DNA of 64,000 nt from Gemmatimonadales bacterium (lineage in GTDB: Bacteria > Gemmatimonadota > Gemmatimonadetes > Gemmatimonadales > GWC2-71-9): contig DASUAL010000077.1 in NCBI GenBank assembly GCA_035763805.1, forward strand, positions 9,461-73,460, read 5' to 3'. Shown here piece after piece: positions 19,129 through 30,335 of the stretch (the first letter of the stretch is position 1; every line of letters starts with the position of its first letter). The translations under genes and the position numbers were made by a program. Under the pieces are notes generated by a model, which saw nothing but the letters and a program-made list of their open reading frames with translations, ran no database searches and had not been told where the DNA came from.

Positions 19129-19778
19129 TGCGGATCGCCCCCGAAGGCTGGCTCTTCATCCTCCCCGGATGGGCGCTGGTGGTGCTCGGCGCCTGGGCCG
19201 CGCGGACCTTCTCTTGGCTCTGGGTCCCGGAAGTCGTGCTCGTCCTGCTCGCGGTGTGGCTCGTCGTCTTCTTTCGCGATCCTGTGCGCGTCGGCCCGCG
19301 GGGCGACCAGTACGTGATCGCGCCGGCCGACGGGAAGGTCGTGGACGTCGCCGTGGTGGATGAGCCGATGTACCTCAAGACCGAAGCGACACGCGTCTCG
19401 ATCTTCATGAGCGTGTTCGACGTGCACGTGAACCGCTATCCCGCCACCGGCACCATTGAGCTGGTGCGTCACAACAAGGGAACGTTTCTGCACGCGGCCG
19501 CGGAGAAGGCGAGCCTCGACAACGAGCAGACGTCGGTGGGGCTCGCCACGGGCCGCGGCCCCGTGCTGGTGCGACAGATCGCGGGGCTGATCGCTCGGCG
19601 GATCGTGACCGACGGGAAGGAGGGCGAGCGGGCCATCCAGGGCGACCGCATGGGCATGATCCGGTTCGGGTCGCGGGTGGACGTGTTCCTCCCGCTTGCC
19701 GCGCGCGCGAGCGTGCGCGCCCGCGTGGGCGAACGAGTGCAGGCGGGCGTTACGGTGCTCGCGGAGTACGGGCCATGA
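19128..19778 (+). CDS. psd: Phosphatidylserine decarboxylase (archaeal/short type)
   Basis: FFRDP, APADGKV, SIFMSVFDVHVNR, QIAG, IRFGSRVD (GS cleavage site). Confidence 0.93.
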   Translation: MRIAPEGWLFILPGWALVVLGAWAARTFSWLWVPEVVLVLLAVWLVVFFRDPVRVGPRGDQYVIAPADGKVVDVAVVDEPMYLKTEATRVSIFMSVFDVHVNRYPATGTIELVRHNKGTFLHAAAEKASLDNEQTSVGLATGRGPVLVRQIAGLIARRIVTDGKEGERAIQGDRMGMIRFGSRVDVFLPLAARASVRARVGERVQAGVTVLAEYGP

Positions 19779-20629
19779 GGCGCTTCCCCCGGCCCAACAT
19801 GCGACGGGCCGTCATCGTGGTGCCCAGCCTGTTCACGCTGTTCAACCTGTTCTTCGGCATCTGGTCGATGGTGCTGGCGGCACGCGGCGAGTTTTACCGC
19901 GCCGGCTGGTACATCTTCTTTGCCGGGATCCTGGACGCGTTGGACGGCCGCGTGGCGCGGCTCTCCAAGACCGGCACGCGGTTTGGCGCCGAGCTCGACA
20001 GCCTGGTGGACGTCGTGAGCTTCGGGGTGGCCCCCGCATTTCTCATCTACCAGCTCGAGTTCGCCAACGCGGGCGCGGCGGAGTGGATCTTCTGCTACTT
20101 CTACGTGATGGCGGCGGCGATCCGGCTCGCCCGCTTCAACCTCACGCAGGCGGGCCGGGCGAAGCAGTACTTCATCGGCCTGCCGTCGCCCGCCGCGGGG
20201 ATGACGCTCGCCACGTTCTACCCCTTCACCACGACCGATCTGTGGCAGCAGGTCGCCCGCGTCATGCCGCGGCACCACACGATGCAGCTCCTGATGATCC
20301 TGCTCACGATCCTGATGGTGAGCAACGTGCACTACGCAACCCTGCCCCGGGCGGGCCTCCGGACCGTGCGCGGCCTCTTGGGGCTCGCCACCATTCTGTT
20401 CGTCCTCATCTTCGGGCTGCTCGAGCATGACGCGTTTTTCTTCCCGCTGGGAGTCACCTACATGGCGTACGGCGTGGTGCGCGCGGCCCTGCTGAGCTTC
20501 TTCTCCGAGGCGGCGGACGACGAGGAAGGGGAGATCGCCGGGCCGATCGTGCTTAGCAACGGCGAGCCGGGGGAGGAAACGTTCGACGAGCGGCCTCGCG
20601 GCATCGCGCCGGGGGGAGGCGCTCCGTGA
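19775..20629 (+). CDS. pssA: CDP-diacylglycerol--serine O-phosphatidyltransferase
   Basis: DALDGRVARL..T.FGAELDSLVD CDP-alcohol motif, RLARFN, FIGLP. Confidence 0.93.
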   Translation: MRRFPRPNMRRAVIVVPSLFTLFNLFFGIWSMVLAARGEFYRAGWYIFFAGILDALDGRVARLSKTGTRFGAELDSLVDVVSFGVAPAFLIYQLEFANAGAAEWIFCYFYVMAAAIRLARFNLTQAGRAKQYFIGLPSPAAGMTLATFYPFTTTDLWQQVARVMPRHHTMQLLMILLTILMVSNVHYATLPRAGLRTVRGLLGLATILFVLIFGLLEHDAFFFPLGVTYMAYGVVRAALLSFFSEAADDEEGEIAGPIVLSNGEPGEETFDERPRGIAPGGGAP

Positions 20630-20883
20630 GCGCGTTTCGGGTCGAGGTGCGCGTGATGCCACGGGCTTCGCTGCTCGACCCGCAGGGGCAAGCGGTGGAG
20701 CACGCCCTGCATGCCCTCGGCTTCGGGGAGGTCGACCGGGTTCGGGTGGGCAAGCATCTCGTCCTCGAGGTCGAAGCCGGAAGTCGGGACGAGGCACTAA
20801 CCCGCGCCCGGGCGATGTGCGACCGGCTGCTCGCGAATCCCGTGACCGAAGACTACGAGCTGGCCGTGGAGGTAGCGGCCTGA
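20626..20883 (+). CDS. purS: FGAM synthase subunit PurS
   Basis: LDPQGQAV, VRVGK, LLANPVTEDY. Confidence 0.93.
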   Translation: MSAFRVEVRVMPRASLLDPQGQAVEHALHALGFGEVDRVRVGKHLVLEVEAGSRDEALTRARAMCDRLLANPVTEDYELAVEVAA

Positions 20884-21599
20884 TGAAACGCGTCGCGGTC
20901 ATCGTGTTCCCCGGATCTAACTGCGACGCCGACACGGTCGCCGCAGCGCGCGGCGCGGGGTCGGACGCCTACTACGTGTGGCACCGCGAGCGGGATTTGC
21001 AGCACGCCGACGTGGTCGTCCTTCCGGGCGGCTTCAGCTACGGCGACTACCTCCGCTCCGGAGCGATCGCCCGGTTCTCGCCGATCATGGCCGCCGTCGC
21101 CGAGCACGCGCGCGCCGGCGGGCCGGTGTTGGGCATCTGCAACGGGTTTCAGATTCTGTGCGAGGCAGGGCTCCTGCCCGGCGGATTGATGCGCAACGTC
21201 CGGCTGCGTTTCCTGTCGCGGCCGGCGTGGGTGCGTGTGGAGGCAACGGACACACCGTTCACCGGCCTGTACGAGCACGGGGAGATCCTGGAGATCCCCA
21301 TCGCCCACGGCGACGGGCGGTATGTGGCGGACGAGCGCACCGCGGCCGAGCTCGAGGCGAACGGCCAGGTGGTGTGGCGTTACGTGCGCGAGAACCCGAA
21401 CGGCTCGACGAACGCCATCGCCGGCTTGTGCAACGCCGCGCGAAACGTCGTGGGGATCATGCCGCACCCGGAGCGCCGCAACGCCCCGGTTTTGGGCGGC
21501 CAGGACGGAGCCGGCGTCTTTCACTCGATGGAGGCTCGACATGCGACGCAGCACGCTGTGGATGTGCGCGCTGTTGGCGATCGCCACCTTAGGGTGTGA
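20883..21599 (+). CDS. purQ: FGAM synthase glutaminase subunit PurQ
   Basis: VFPGSNCD, PGGFSYGDYLRSG, GICNGFQ, IAHGDG, MPHPER. Confidence 0.96.
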   Translation: MKRVAVIVFPGSNCDADTVAAARGAGSDAYYVWHRERDLQHADVVVLPGGFSYGDYLRSGAIARFSPIMAAVAEHARAGGPVLGICNGFQILCEAGLLPGGLMRNVRLRFLSRPAWVRVEATDTPFTGLYEHGEILEIPIAHGDGRYVADERTAAELEANGQVVWRYVRENPNGSTNAIAGLCNAARNVVGIMPHPERRNAPVLGGQDGAGVFHSMEARHATQHAVDVRAVGDRHLRV

Positions 21600-22104
21600 G
21601 CAGATCAACGACCAGGTCGGCAAGATCAAGCGGAAGATCGACGATTGGCGCGGAGTGGCTCCCGCGACGCCGCGGCCGGCTGCGCCGCAACCCCAGACTC
21701 CCCAGCCCGCGCCCGGCACCGAACCCGCCGAGCCGCGCGAGCGGCAGGCGACGCCACAGCGGGAGTTCCCGGAGCGTCCGCAGGCCCTGCGCGACGTGCC
21801 GTACGACTCGCCCGATACGGGCACGATCGCCCCGGGGATGACCGAGCGGGACGTCTACTCCCTCTGGGGTCCGCCCGTCGCCGTGCGCCGCCACGGTGAG
21901 TTCACCTACCTCTTCTTCCGGAACGGGTGCGAGTACTCGTGCGGGACGGAGGACGTGGTCACGCTGCAAAACGGCCAAGTGGTGGACGCTGTGCTCCGCT
22001 GGCACGGCCACGGCTACAGCGGGCAATCCTCTTCGCCGCCCGGCACGATACCGGTGCCCAACCTCGGCGGCGACACGCTGATCATGTCACCCTCAATACC
22101 GTGA
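21541..22104 (+). CDS. Lipoprotein with SmpA/BamE-like domain
   Basis: GGAGG RBS; signal MRRSTLWMCALLAIATLG-C; Pro-rich linker; IAPGMTERDVYSLWGPP...YLFF pattern. Confidence 0.65.
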   Translation: MRRSTLWMCALLAIATLGCEQINDQVGKIKRKIDDWRGVAPATPRPAAPQPQTPQPAPGTEPAEPRERQATPQREFPERPQALRDVPYDSPDTGTIAPGMTERDVYSLWGPPVAVRRHGEFTYLFFRNGCEYSCGTEDVVTLQNGQVVDAVLRWHGHGYSGQSSSPPGTIPVPNLGGDTLIMSPSIP

Positions 22105-22108
22105 TCCG

Positions 22109-22431
22109 ATGACCGAGAAACCGAGCAGAAACGAGGACGAATACTTCGCGAAGCGCGACGCGGAGCTGTTGCGCCAGCAGCGCGAGGCCATGCGGAAGAC
22201 CGCCGTGGAGGCGGAGCGCCGGTCGCACCACATGAAGTGCCCCAAATGCGGCTACGACCTGATCACCGGCGAGTGGCACGGCGTGCAAATCGACCAGTGC
22301 ACGAACTGCCACGGTATCTGGTTCGACGCGGGCGAGGCCGAGAGCGTGCTGACGCACGCCGAGCCGAACGCTCTCGCCCGGGTGTTCAAAGCGGTGATGC
22401 GAGGCGTGTCGGGGGCGAAGGCGTCCGACGC

Positions 22432-22435
<4 letters not shown>
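22109..22435 (+). CDS. zf-TFIIB-type zinc-ribbon protein
   Basis: EDEYF...MKCPKCG...[16 protein letters not shown]. Confidence 0.85.
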
Positions 22436-24696
<2,261 letters not shown>

Positions 24697-24703
24697 CCCC
24701 AGC

Positions 24704-26107
24704 ATGTGCGGTGTCATCGGCGTCACCGGCGTTCCCGACGCGGCCCACGTCGCGTATCTCGGGTTGTACAGCCTGCAGCACCGCGGGCAGGAGTCGGCGG
24801 GGATCGTCGCCGTGGACGGCGACGGCGTGGCGCGCCCGCACCGCGGCATGGGCCTCGTCTCCGACGTCTTCGGCGAGCGCGTGCTGAATGAGCTCCCCGG
24901 CGACGTCGCGGTCGGGCATACGCGCTACTCCACCGCCGGCACGTCCGTCCTCGCGAATGCCCAGCCGATGCTCGCAGGCTACCGCGATGGCCCCCTCGCC
25001 CTCGCGCACAACGGGAACCTCACGAACGCCGTGCAGCTGCGCACCGATCTCGTCGCCAAGGGCTCGATTTTCCAGAGCTCCTCGGACAGTGAGGTCCTGG
25101 TCCACCTCATCGCCCGCTCCGAGGCACGCGAGCCGGAGGACCAGCTGCTCGACGCGCTGGAGCGCGTGGAGGGCGCGTTCTCCCTCGTGATCACCATCGG
25201 GCGGACGCTCTACGCGGTCGTGGACCCGCGCGGCTTCCGGCCGCTCGTCCTGGGGCGCCTGGGACGCGGCTGGGTGGTCGCGTCGGAGACGTGCGCGCTG
25301 GACATCACCGGCGCGAAGCTCGTGCGCGAGCTCGCGCCGGGCGAGTTCTTGCGCATCCACGACGCAGACGTCGACGTGCTGCCCCCCTTGCCGGCCCAGT
25401 CGCACCGGCGCTGTGTGTTCGAGCTGGTGTACTTCTCCCGGCCGGACAGCACCGTGTTCCACCGCTCCGTGGATCGCGTGCGCCGGGCGCTCGGCCGCGA
25501 GCTCGCCCGGGAACACCCGGCGGCAGGCTCGGACTGCGTCTTCTCGGTCCCCGACTCGTCCAACGCGATGGCCCTGGGCTTCTCGGAGGAGTCCGGGATC
25601 AAGCTCGAGCACGCGCTGATCCGGAATCATTACGTCGGTCGCACCTTCATCCACCCCGCGCAGGCGGGCCGGACGGCCAAGGTGCAGATCAAGTTCAATC
25701 CGGTCCGTGAGGTGCTCGAGGGCAAGCGAGTGGTCGTCGTGGACGACTCCATCGTTCGCGGTACGACGAGCCGAGCGCTCGTTCAGCTGATCCGCCAGGC
25801 GGGCGCGAAGGAGGTCCATTTCCGCGTGGCCTCCCCGCCCATCACCGGGCCCTGCTACTACGGCATCGACACGCCCACGAAGGGCGAGCTCATCGGCTCG
25901 AGTCACACGGTCGAGGAGATCCGGGAGCATCTCGGCGTGGATACGCTCGGGTACCTGTCGCTCGAAGGCATGCTGCGCGCCGCGGGGGGAAATGACCCTG
26001 CCGAGTTCTGCCACGCCTGCTTCTCGGGTGACTATCCGACACCGATCCCGGACGATCTGGTACGGGCGCGCCACGCGGCGCCGCCGCAAGTCGCGATCGC
26101 CGTCTAG
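24704..26107 (+). CDS. purF: Amidophosphoribosyltransferase
   Basis: MCG N-terminus, LQHRGQESAG, GHTRYST, HNGNL, VDDSIVRGTT. Confidence 0.97.
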   Translation: MCGVIGVTGVPDAAHVAYLGLYSLQHRGQESAGIVAVDGDGVARPHRGMGLVSDVFGERVLNELPGDVAVGHTRYSTAGTSVLANAQPMLAGYRDGPLALAHNGNLTNAVQLRTDLVAKGSIFQSSSDSEVLVHLIARSEAREPEDQLLDALERVEGAFSLVITIGRTLYAVVDPRGFRPLVLGRLGRGWVVASETCALDITGAKLVRELAPGEFLRIHDADVDVLPPLPAQSHRRCVFELVYFSRPDSTVFHRSVDRVRRALGRELAREHPAAGSDCVFSVPDSSNAMALGFSEESGIKLEHALIRNHYVGRTFIHPAQAGRTAKVQIKFNPVREVLEGKRVVVVDDSIVRGTTSRALVQLIRQAGAKEVHFRVASPPITGPCYYGIDTPTKGELIGSSHTVEEIREHLGVDTLGYLSLEGMLRAAGGNDPAEFCHACFSGDYPTPIPDDLVRARHAAPPQVAIAV

Positions 26108-26113
26108 TGCGCC

Positions 26114-28777
26114 GTGCCGTCCCTCGAGCGCTGGGTGTACTTCTTCGGGCCGGGCCGGGCCGACGGCTCGGCCGCGATGCGCGACATCCTGGGCGGCAAG
26201 GGCGCGGGGCTGGCCGAGATGGCGAACCTCGGCCTGCCCGTTCCGCCCGGTTTCACGATCTCCGCCAAGCTGTGCCTCACCTACCTCGAGCAAGGCACCT
26301 TCCCCGACCAGCTGCGTGAAGAAGTCACCCGCCACCTGAAGCAGCTCGAACAAGCGACCAAGAAGAGGTTCGGCGATCGGGAGAACCCGCTGCTCGTCTC
26401 GGTGCGCTCGGGTGCCGCGGTTTCCATGCCGGGGATGATGGAGACGATTCTGAACCTCGGCCTGAACGACGACACCGTGCAGGGGATGATCGCGGGCTCG
26501 CACAATCCCCGCTTCGCCTACGATTCCTACCGGCGCTTCGTCCAGATGTACGGCGACGTGGTCTTCGATCTCGGCAAGCGGCCGTTCGAAGAAGTGCTGG
26601 AGGAGGCGAAGCGACGGCGCAAGGTACAGCGCGACATCGACCTGCCAGTGGAGGACCTGAAGGGCCTGGTGAGCGAGTTCAAGTCCATCATCCAGGCAAA
26701 GCGCGGTCTCCCCTTCCCCGACGATCCTACGGCGCAGCTGTGGGGCGCGATCGAGGCGGTGTTCAAGAGCTGGAACACGCGCCGCGCCGTGGACTACCGG
26801 CGCGTCCACGGTATCCCGGACGACCTGGGCACGGCCGTGAGCGTGGTCGCCATGGTGTACGGCAACCTGGGCGACGACTCCGGGACCGGCGTCGCCTTCA
26901 CCCGGGACTGCCGCACCGGGGAAAAGGTACTGCAGGGCGACTTTCTCACGAACGCACAAGGGGAAGACGTCGTGTCGGGCGCGCGCACCCCCGAGCCGCT
27001 CGCCAAGATGAAGCGCGGCAAGCTCGCGAAGGTGTACCGCGATCTCGAGCGCATGGCGGCGAAGCTCGAGCGACACTTCAGGGACGTGCAGGACATCGAG
27101 TTCACATTCGAGCACGGGAGCCTGTACCTGCTCCAGACCCGCCGGGCTCAGCGCACGGGTCTCGCCGCCGTGCGCGTCGCGGTCGAGCTGGTCGAGGAGG
27201 GGCTCATCACGGAGGACGAGGCCGTGCAACGCGTTCCGCCGGAGGACCTGAACCAGATCTTCCACCCGATGGTGGACCCCAAGGCCGCGGTCACGGTCGT
27301 CGCGAAGGGCCTCCCTGCCTCACCCGGTGCCGCGACCGGCGAGGCCGTGTTCGACGCGGACGAGGCGGAGGCGCTCGCGAAGCAGGGACGTCAGGTCATC
27401 CTGGTGCGCCCCGAGACGAGCCCCGAGGACTTTCACGGGATCGTCGCCGCGCGGGCAGTGCTCACCGCGCGCGGCGGGATGACGAGCCACGCGGCCATCG
27501 TGGCGCGCGGCATGGGGAAAACGTGCGTCGTGGGCGCCAAAGAAATCGAGGTGGACGCGAGTGCCGGCCGGTTCCACGCCAACGGCCGCCTCGTGAAGCG
27601 CGGCCAGGTGATCACCGTGGATGGGACCACCGGGCGGGTGCTGCTCGGCGCCGCGAAGCTCGTCGAGCCGAAGATCGGCGTGCACTACGCCAAGCTCATG
27701 AGCTGGGCCGACGCGCGCCGCCGGTTGCGGGTCCGCGCCAACGCCGACACGCCGCCGGACGCGAAACGCGCCCGCGAGCTCGGCGCCGAAGGGATTGGGC
27801 TGTGCCGCACGGAGCACATGTTCTTCGAAGGCGACCGGATCACGGCCATGCGAGAGATGATCGTCGCGCCCGACGAGGCCGGCCGCCGCCGCGCGCTCGC
27901 CAAGCTGCTGCCGATGCAGCGCGCCGACTTCGAGGGAATCTTCGAGGCGATGGCCGGCCATCCGGTGACCATCCGGCTGCTCGACCCGCCGCTGCACGAG
28001 TTCCTGCCGCATACGCGGCAGGAGGTCGCGGCCCTCGCGAAGGTCATGAAGGTGCCGCTGCTCACGCTGCAGCGGATCGTGGACTCGCTGGTCGAGGCGA
28101 ATCCGATGCTCGGCCACCGCGGCTGCCGGCTCGGCATCACCTATCCCGAGATCACCGAGATGCAGGCGCGCGCCATCTTCGAGGCCGCGTGCCGGGTCGT
28201 CGGCGGGGGGAAGACCGTGGTCGTCGAGGTGATGATCCCGCTGGTGGCCCACGTGGAGGAGCTGCGGCACCAGGCGGGGATCGTGCGCCGGGTGGCCCAG
28301 GAGGTGTTTCTCGCGGAAGCCCGCGCCGTGCCGTACCTCGTCGGCACGATGATCGAGCTGCCGCGGGCGGCCCTCACCAGCGACGAGATCGCCAAAGAAG
28401 CCGAATTCTTCTCGTTCGGCACCAACGACCTCACCCAGACGACGTTCGGGCTATCCCGGGACGACGCCGGCCGGTTTCTGCCGTTCTACGTGGAACGCGG
28501 CATTCTGAAGGACGATCCCTTCCGGGTCCTCGACCAGGAAGGGGTCGGCAAGCTCGTCGAGATCGCCGTGCGGCTGGGCCGTGGCACCCGGAACGAGATC
28601 AAGATCGGCATCTGCGGCGAGCACGGCGGCGAGCCCGACTCCGTGAAGTTCTGCCACCACGTCGGGATGAACTACGTGTCGTGCTCGCCGTTCCGTGTCC
28701 CCATCGCCCGGCTCGCCGCGGCGCAGGCGGCGCTCGAGGAGCAAGGCGTCATCAACCGGACGAAGGCTACCGTCTGA
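26114..28777 (+). CDS. ppdK: Pyruvate, phosphate dikinase
   Basis: GGKGAGLAEM, LLVSVRSGA..SMPGMM, GGMTSHAA, GIGLCRTEHMF, FSFGTNDLTQ, GICGEHGG. Confidence 0.97.
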   Translation: MPSLERWVYFFGPGRADGSAAMRDILGGKGAGLAEMANLGLPVPPGFTISAKLCLTYLEQGTFPDQLREEVTRHLKQLEQATKKRFGDRENPLLVSVRSGAAVSMPGMMETILNLGLNDDTVQGMIAGSHNPRFAYDSYRRFVQMYGDVVFDLGKRPFEEVLEEAKRRRKVQRDIDLPVEDLKGLVSEFKSIIQAKRGLPFPDDPTAQLWGAIEAVFKSWNTRRAVDYRRVHGIPDDLGTAVSVVAMVYGNLGDDSGTGVAFTRDCRTGEKVLQGDFLTNAQGEDVVSGARTPEPLAKMKRGKLAKVYRDLERMAAKLERHFRDVQDIEFTFEHGSLYLLQTRRAQRTGLAAVRVAVELVEEGLITEDEAVQRVPPEDLNQIFHPMVDPKAAVTVVAKGLPASPGAATGEAVFDADEAEALAKQGRQVILVRPETSPEDFHGIVAARAVLTARGGMTSHAAIVARGMGKTCVVGAKEIEVDASAGRFHANGRLVKRGQVITVDGTTGRVLLGAAKLVEPKIGVHYAKLMSWADARRRLRVRANADTPPDAKRARELGAEGIGLCRTEHMFFEGDRITAMREMIVAPDEAGRRRALAKLLPMQRADFEGIFEAMAGHPVTIRLLDPPLHEFLPHTRQEVAALAKVMKVPLLTLQRIVDSLVEANPMLGHRGCRLGITYPEITEMQARAIFEAACRVVGGGKTVVVEVMIPLVAHVEELRHQAGIVRRVAQEVFLAEARAVPYLVGTMIELPRAALTSDEIAKEAEFFSFGTNDLTQTTFGLSRDDAGRFLPFYVERGILKDDPFRVLDQEGVGKLVEIAVRLGRGTRNEIKIGICGEHGGEPDSVKFCHHVGMNYVSCSPFRVPIARLAAAQAALEEQGVINRTKATV

Positions 28778-29831
28778 GCGCCATGCCGAGGGACAGGCGC
28801 GGCGTTACGCGAACACCACGAGGAGCGCCGAGATCGCGAAGGGGGCCGTCAGCGCCGAGCACATAGTACGGCCGCTCCGGCAGATACCGCACCACTTTCC
28901 GCGCCAGGCAGGCGCGCGTCACATCGAAGAATCCCGCGATCTCCCTCCGCATGCGCTCGACTTCTTCGGCCGGTAGGCCGTGAGGCATGAAGCTGTCATC
29001 GTCTTCAACGCCGCGGCGTTCCGCTTCCGCGTGGTGCAGGAGATCCGCTCCTGCAAGCGCTCGAGACCCACGGAGCAGCGGCTCCGCGCCCGCGTCGCCG
29101 TGCAGGTTGAGTGTGAGCTCGATCCTCTCCCAGCTCAGTTCCGGCGGCAGTGGCTCTGTCGCGGCGCGCGCCTCGATCGCCTGCAGACGGGCGCGCGCCT
29201 GCCTCGCCGCCGCATACTGCTGGCGCCACGCGGAGAACACCTGCTCGCGCCACGCCGCATCGAGCCGGGGCAACACAGCCTGAGCGGTGCCTCTAGCAAC
29301 TCGGCGGCCGCGGAAGGCCCCTCCGTTCCGTGGATCGGGGCGACCCTGCTCGACGCGACCGCGAGGGCAGCCAGTCGCTCCGAAAGCGACGGGTGCGTGT
29401 CCTCCGTGCCGGTCTTGTCACGCAGGGCCTCCTCGAGCCACCTGCCGACATCCGCCGCCGGCGGCCCGGCGCGCACGGCGCCGACCATACGCGAGACGAC
29501 GCCCTCGGGCGGCGCCTCTTGCTCTCGCGCCAAGCGACTGACCGACGGCCAGTACCGCCGCCCCAAGAGCGTCTCGCCCAGCGCGAGCTTCACCAACGCC
29601 CGGCCGATGGTGTCACGCCCTGCCAGGTCGGCCGCCACTCGGTCCGCCTCGTATTCGCGGGTCCGTGCGAGCACGAACGAGTACGCGTTGAAGCACGGTG
29701 CGAACCGCTCGAGAAATGCTTCGAAGATTCCCCGCCAGCCGTGCTGGGTTTGGTGCAGGGCTCTCGAGGAGCCGACCCCAGGTGGAGCGGATCCGATAGA
29801 TCCACGAGCCGAACCGGCCGTGGTTGCGCAT
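28767..29831 (-). pseudogene. Degraded M48 (HtpX/Ste24-like) metalloprotease
   Basis: Fragments NHGRFGSWIYRIR / EYEADRVAA / DTHPSLSERL lie in different frames (shifts near 29760 and 29280). The HExxH-containing 5' half is absent. Confidence 0.75.
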
Positions 29832-29941
29832 CGTAGCGGTCCCTGGTCATCCCCGTGTCCGCGTGGCGCCCAACGATGGCCTGGACTGGATGACGTGAAA
29901 AGGGGCTGCGTCCACTCGTGGCGCAACCCCTCGAAATGCCA

Positions 29942-30298
29942 TGGAGGCGCGGGGAATTGAACCCCGGTCCGAGAATGACTCCGATGCCGCTCCTACGTGC
30001 GTAGGCGAGGCTTTGAAGGTCTCACCACCGCGGCACCTCGCCGGCCTCGGCAGCGACTAGCCCTTGAAAGCTCTTACGCGACCCGTTCGGGCCCCAGGTC
30101 ACGCCAGCCCGATTTTGCGATACGTGAGCGCCGCCTCAGGCGGGCTGCTACTCACGCAGGTGCGTGAAGCCGAAGCTTACGCAGCCAGTGCCAATTCAGA
30201 GTTGGCAGTTATGATGTTTGCCAGTGGTTTTACCAGGTGACTGACGACCTGGGCACGCAGCGACAACCTCGCCGAACCCGTCGAAGCCTGTCGCCCCC
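29942..30298 (-). ncRNA. ssrA: tmRNA (transfer-messenger RNA), tag ANSELALAA
   Basis: 5' GGGGGCGACAGGCTTCGACGGG and 3' GGGGTTCAATTCCCCGCGCCTCCA. Tag frame 30206-30177 follows ATAACT. CCA end not fully encoded. Confidence 0.97.
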
Positions 30299-30306
30299 TG
30301 ACGCCT

Positions 30307-30335
30307 AACCTAGCCGGCAGCAGGTGCTTTTTCAA
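30307..30335 (-). promoter_or_regulatory. ssrA promoter embedded in the diguanylate cyclase 3' end
   Basis: TTGAAA-N17-TAGGTT. The TAG of the -10 box is the cyclase stop codon. Confidence 0.6.
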
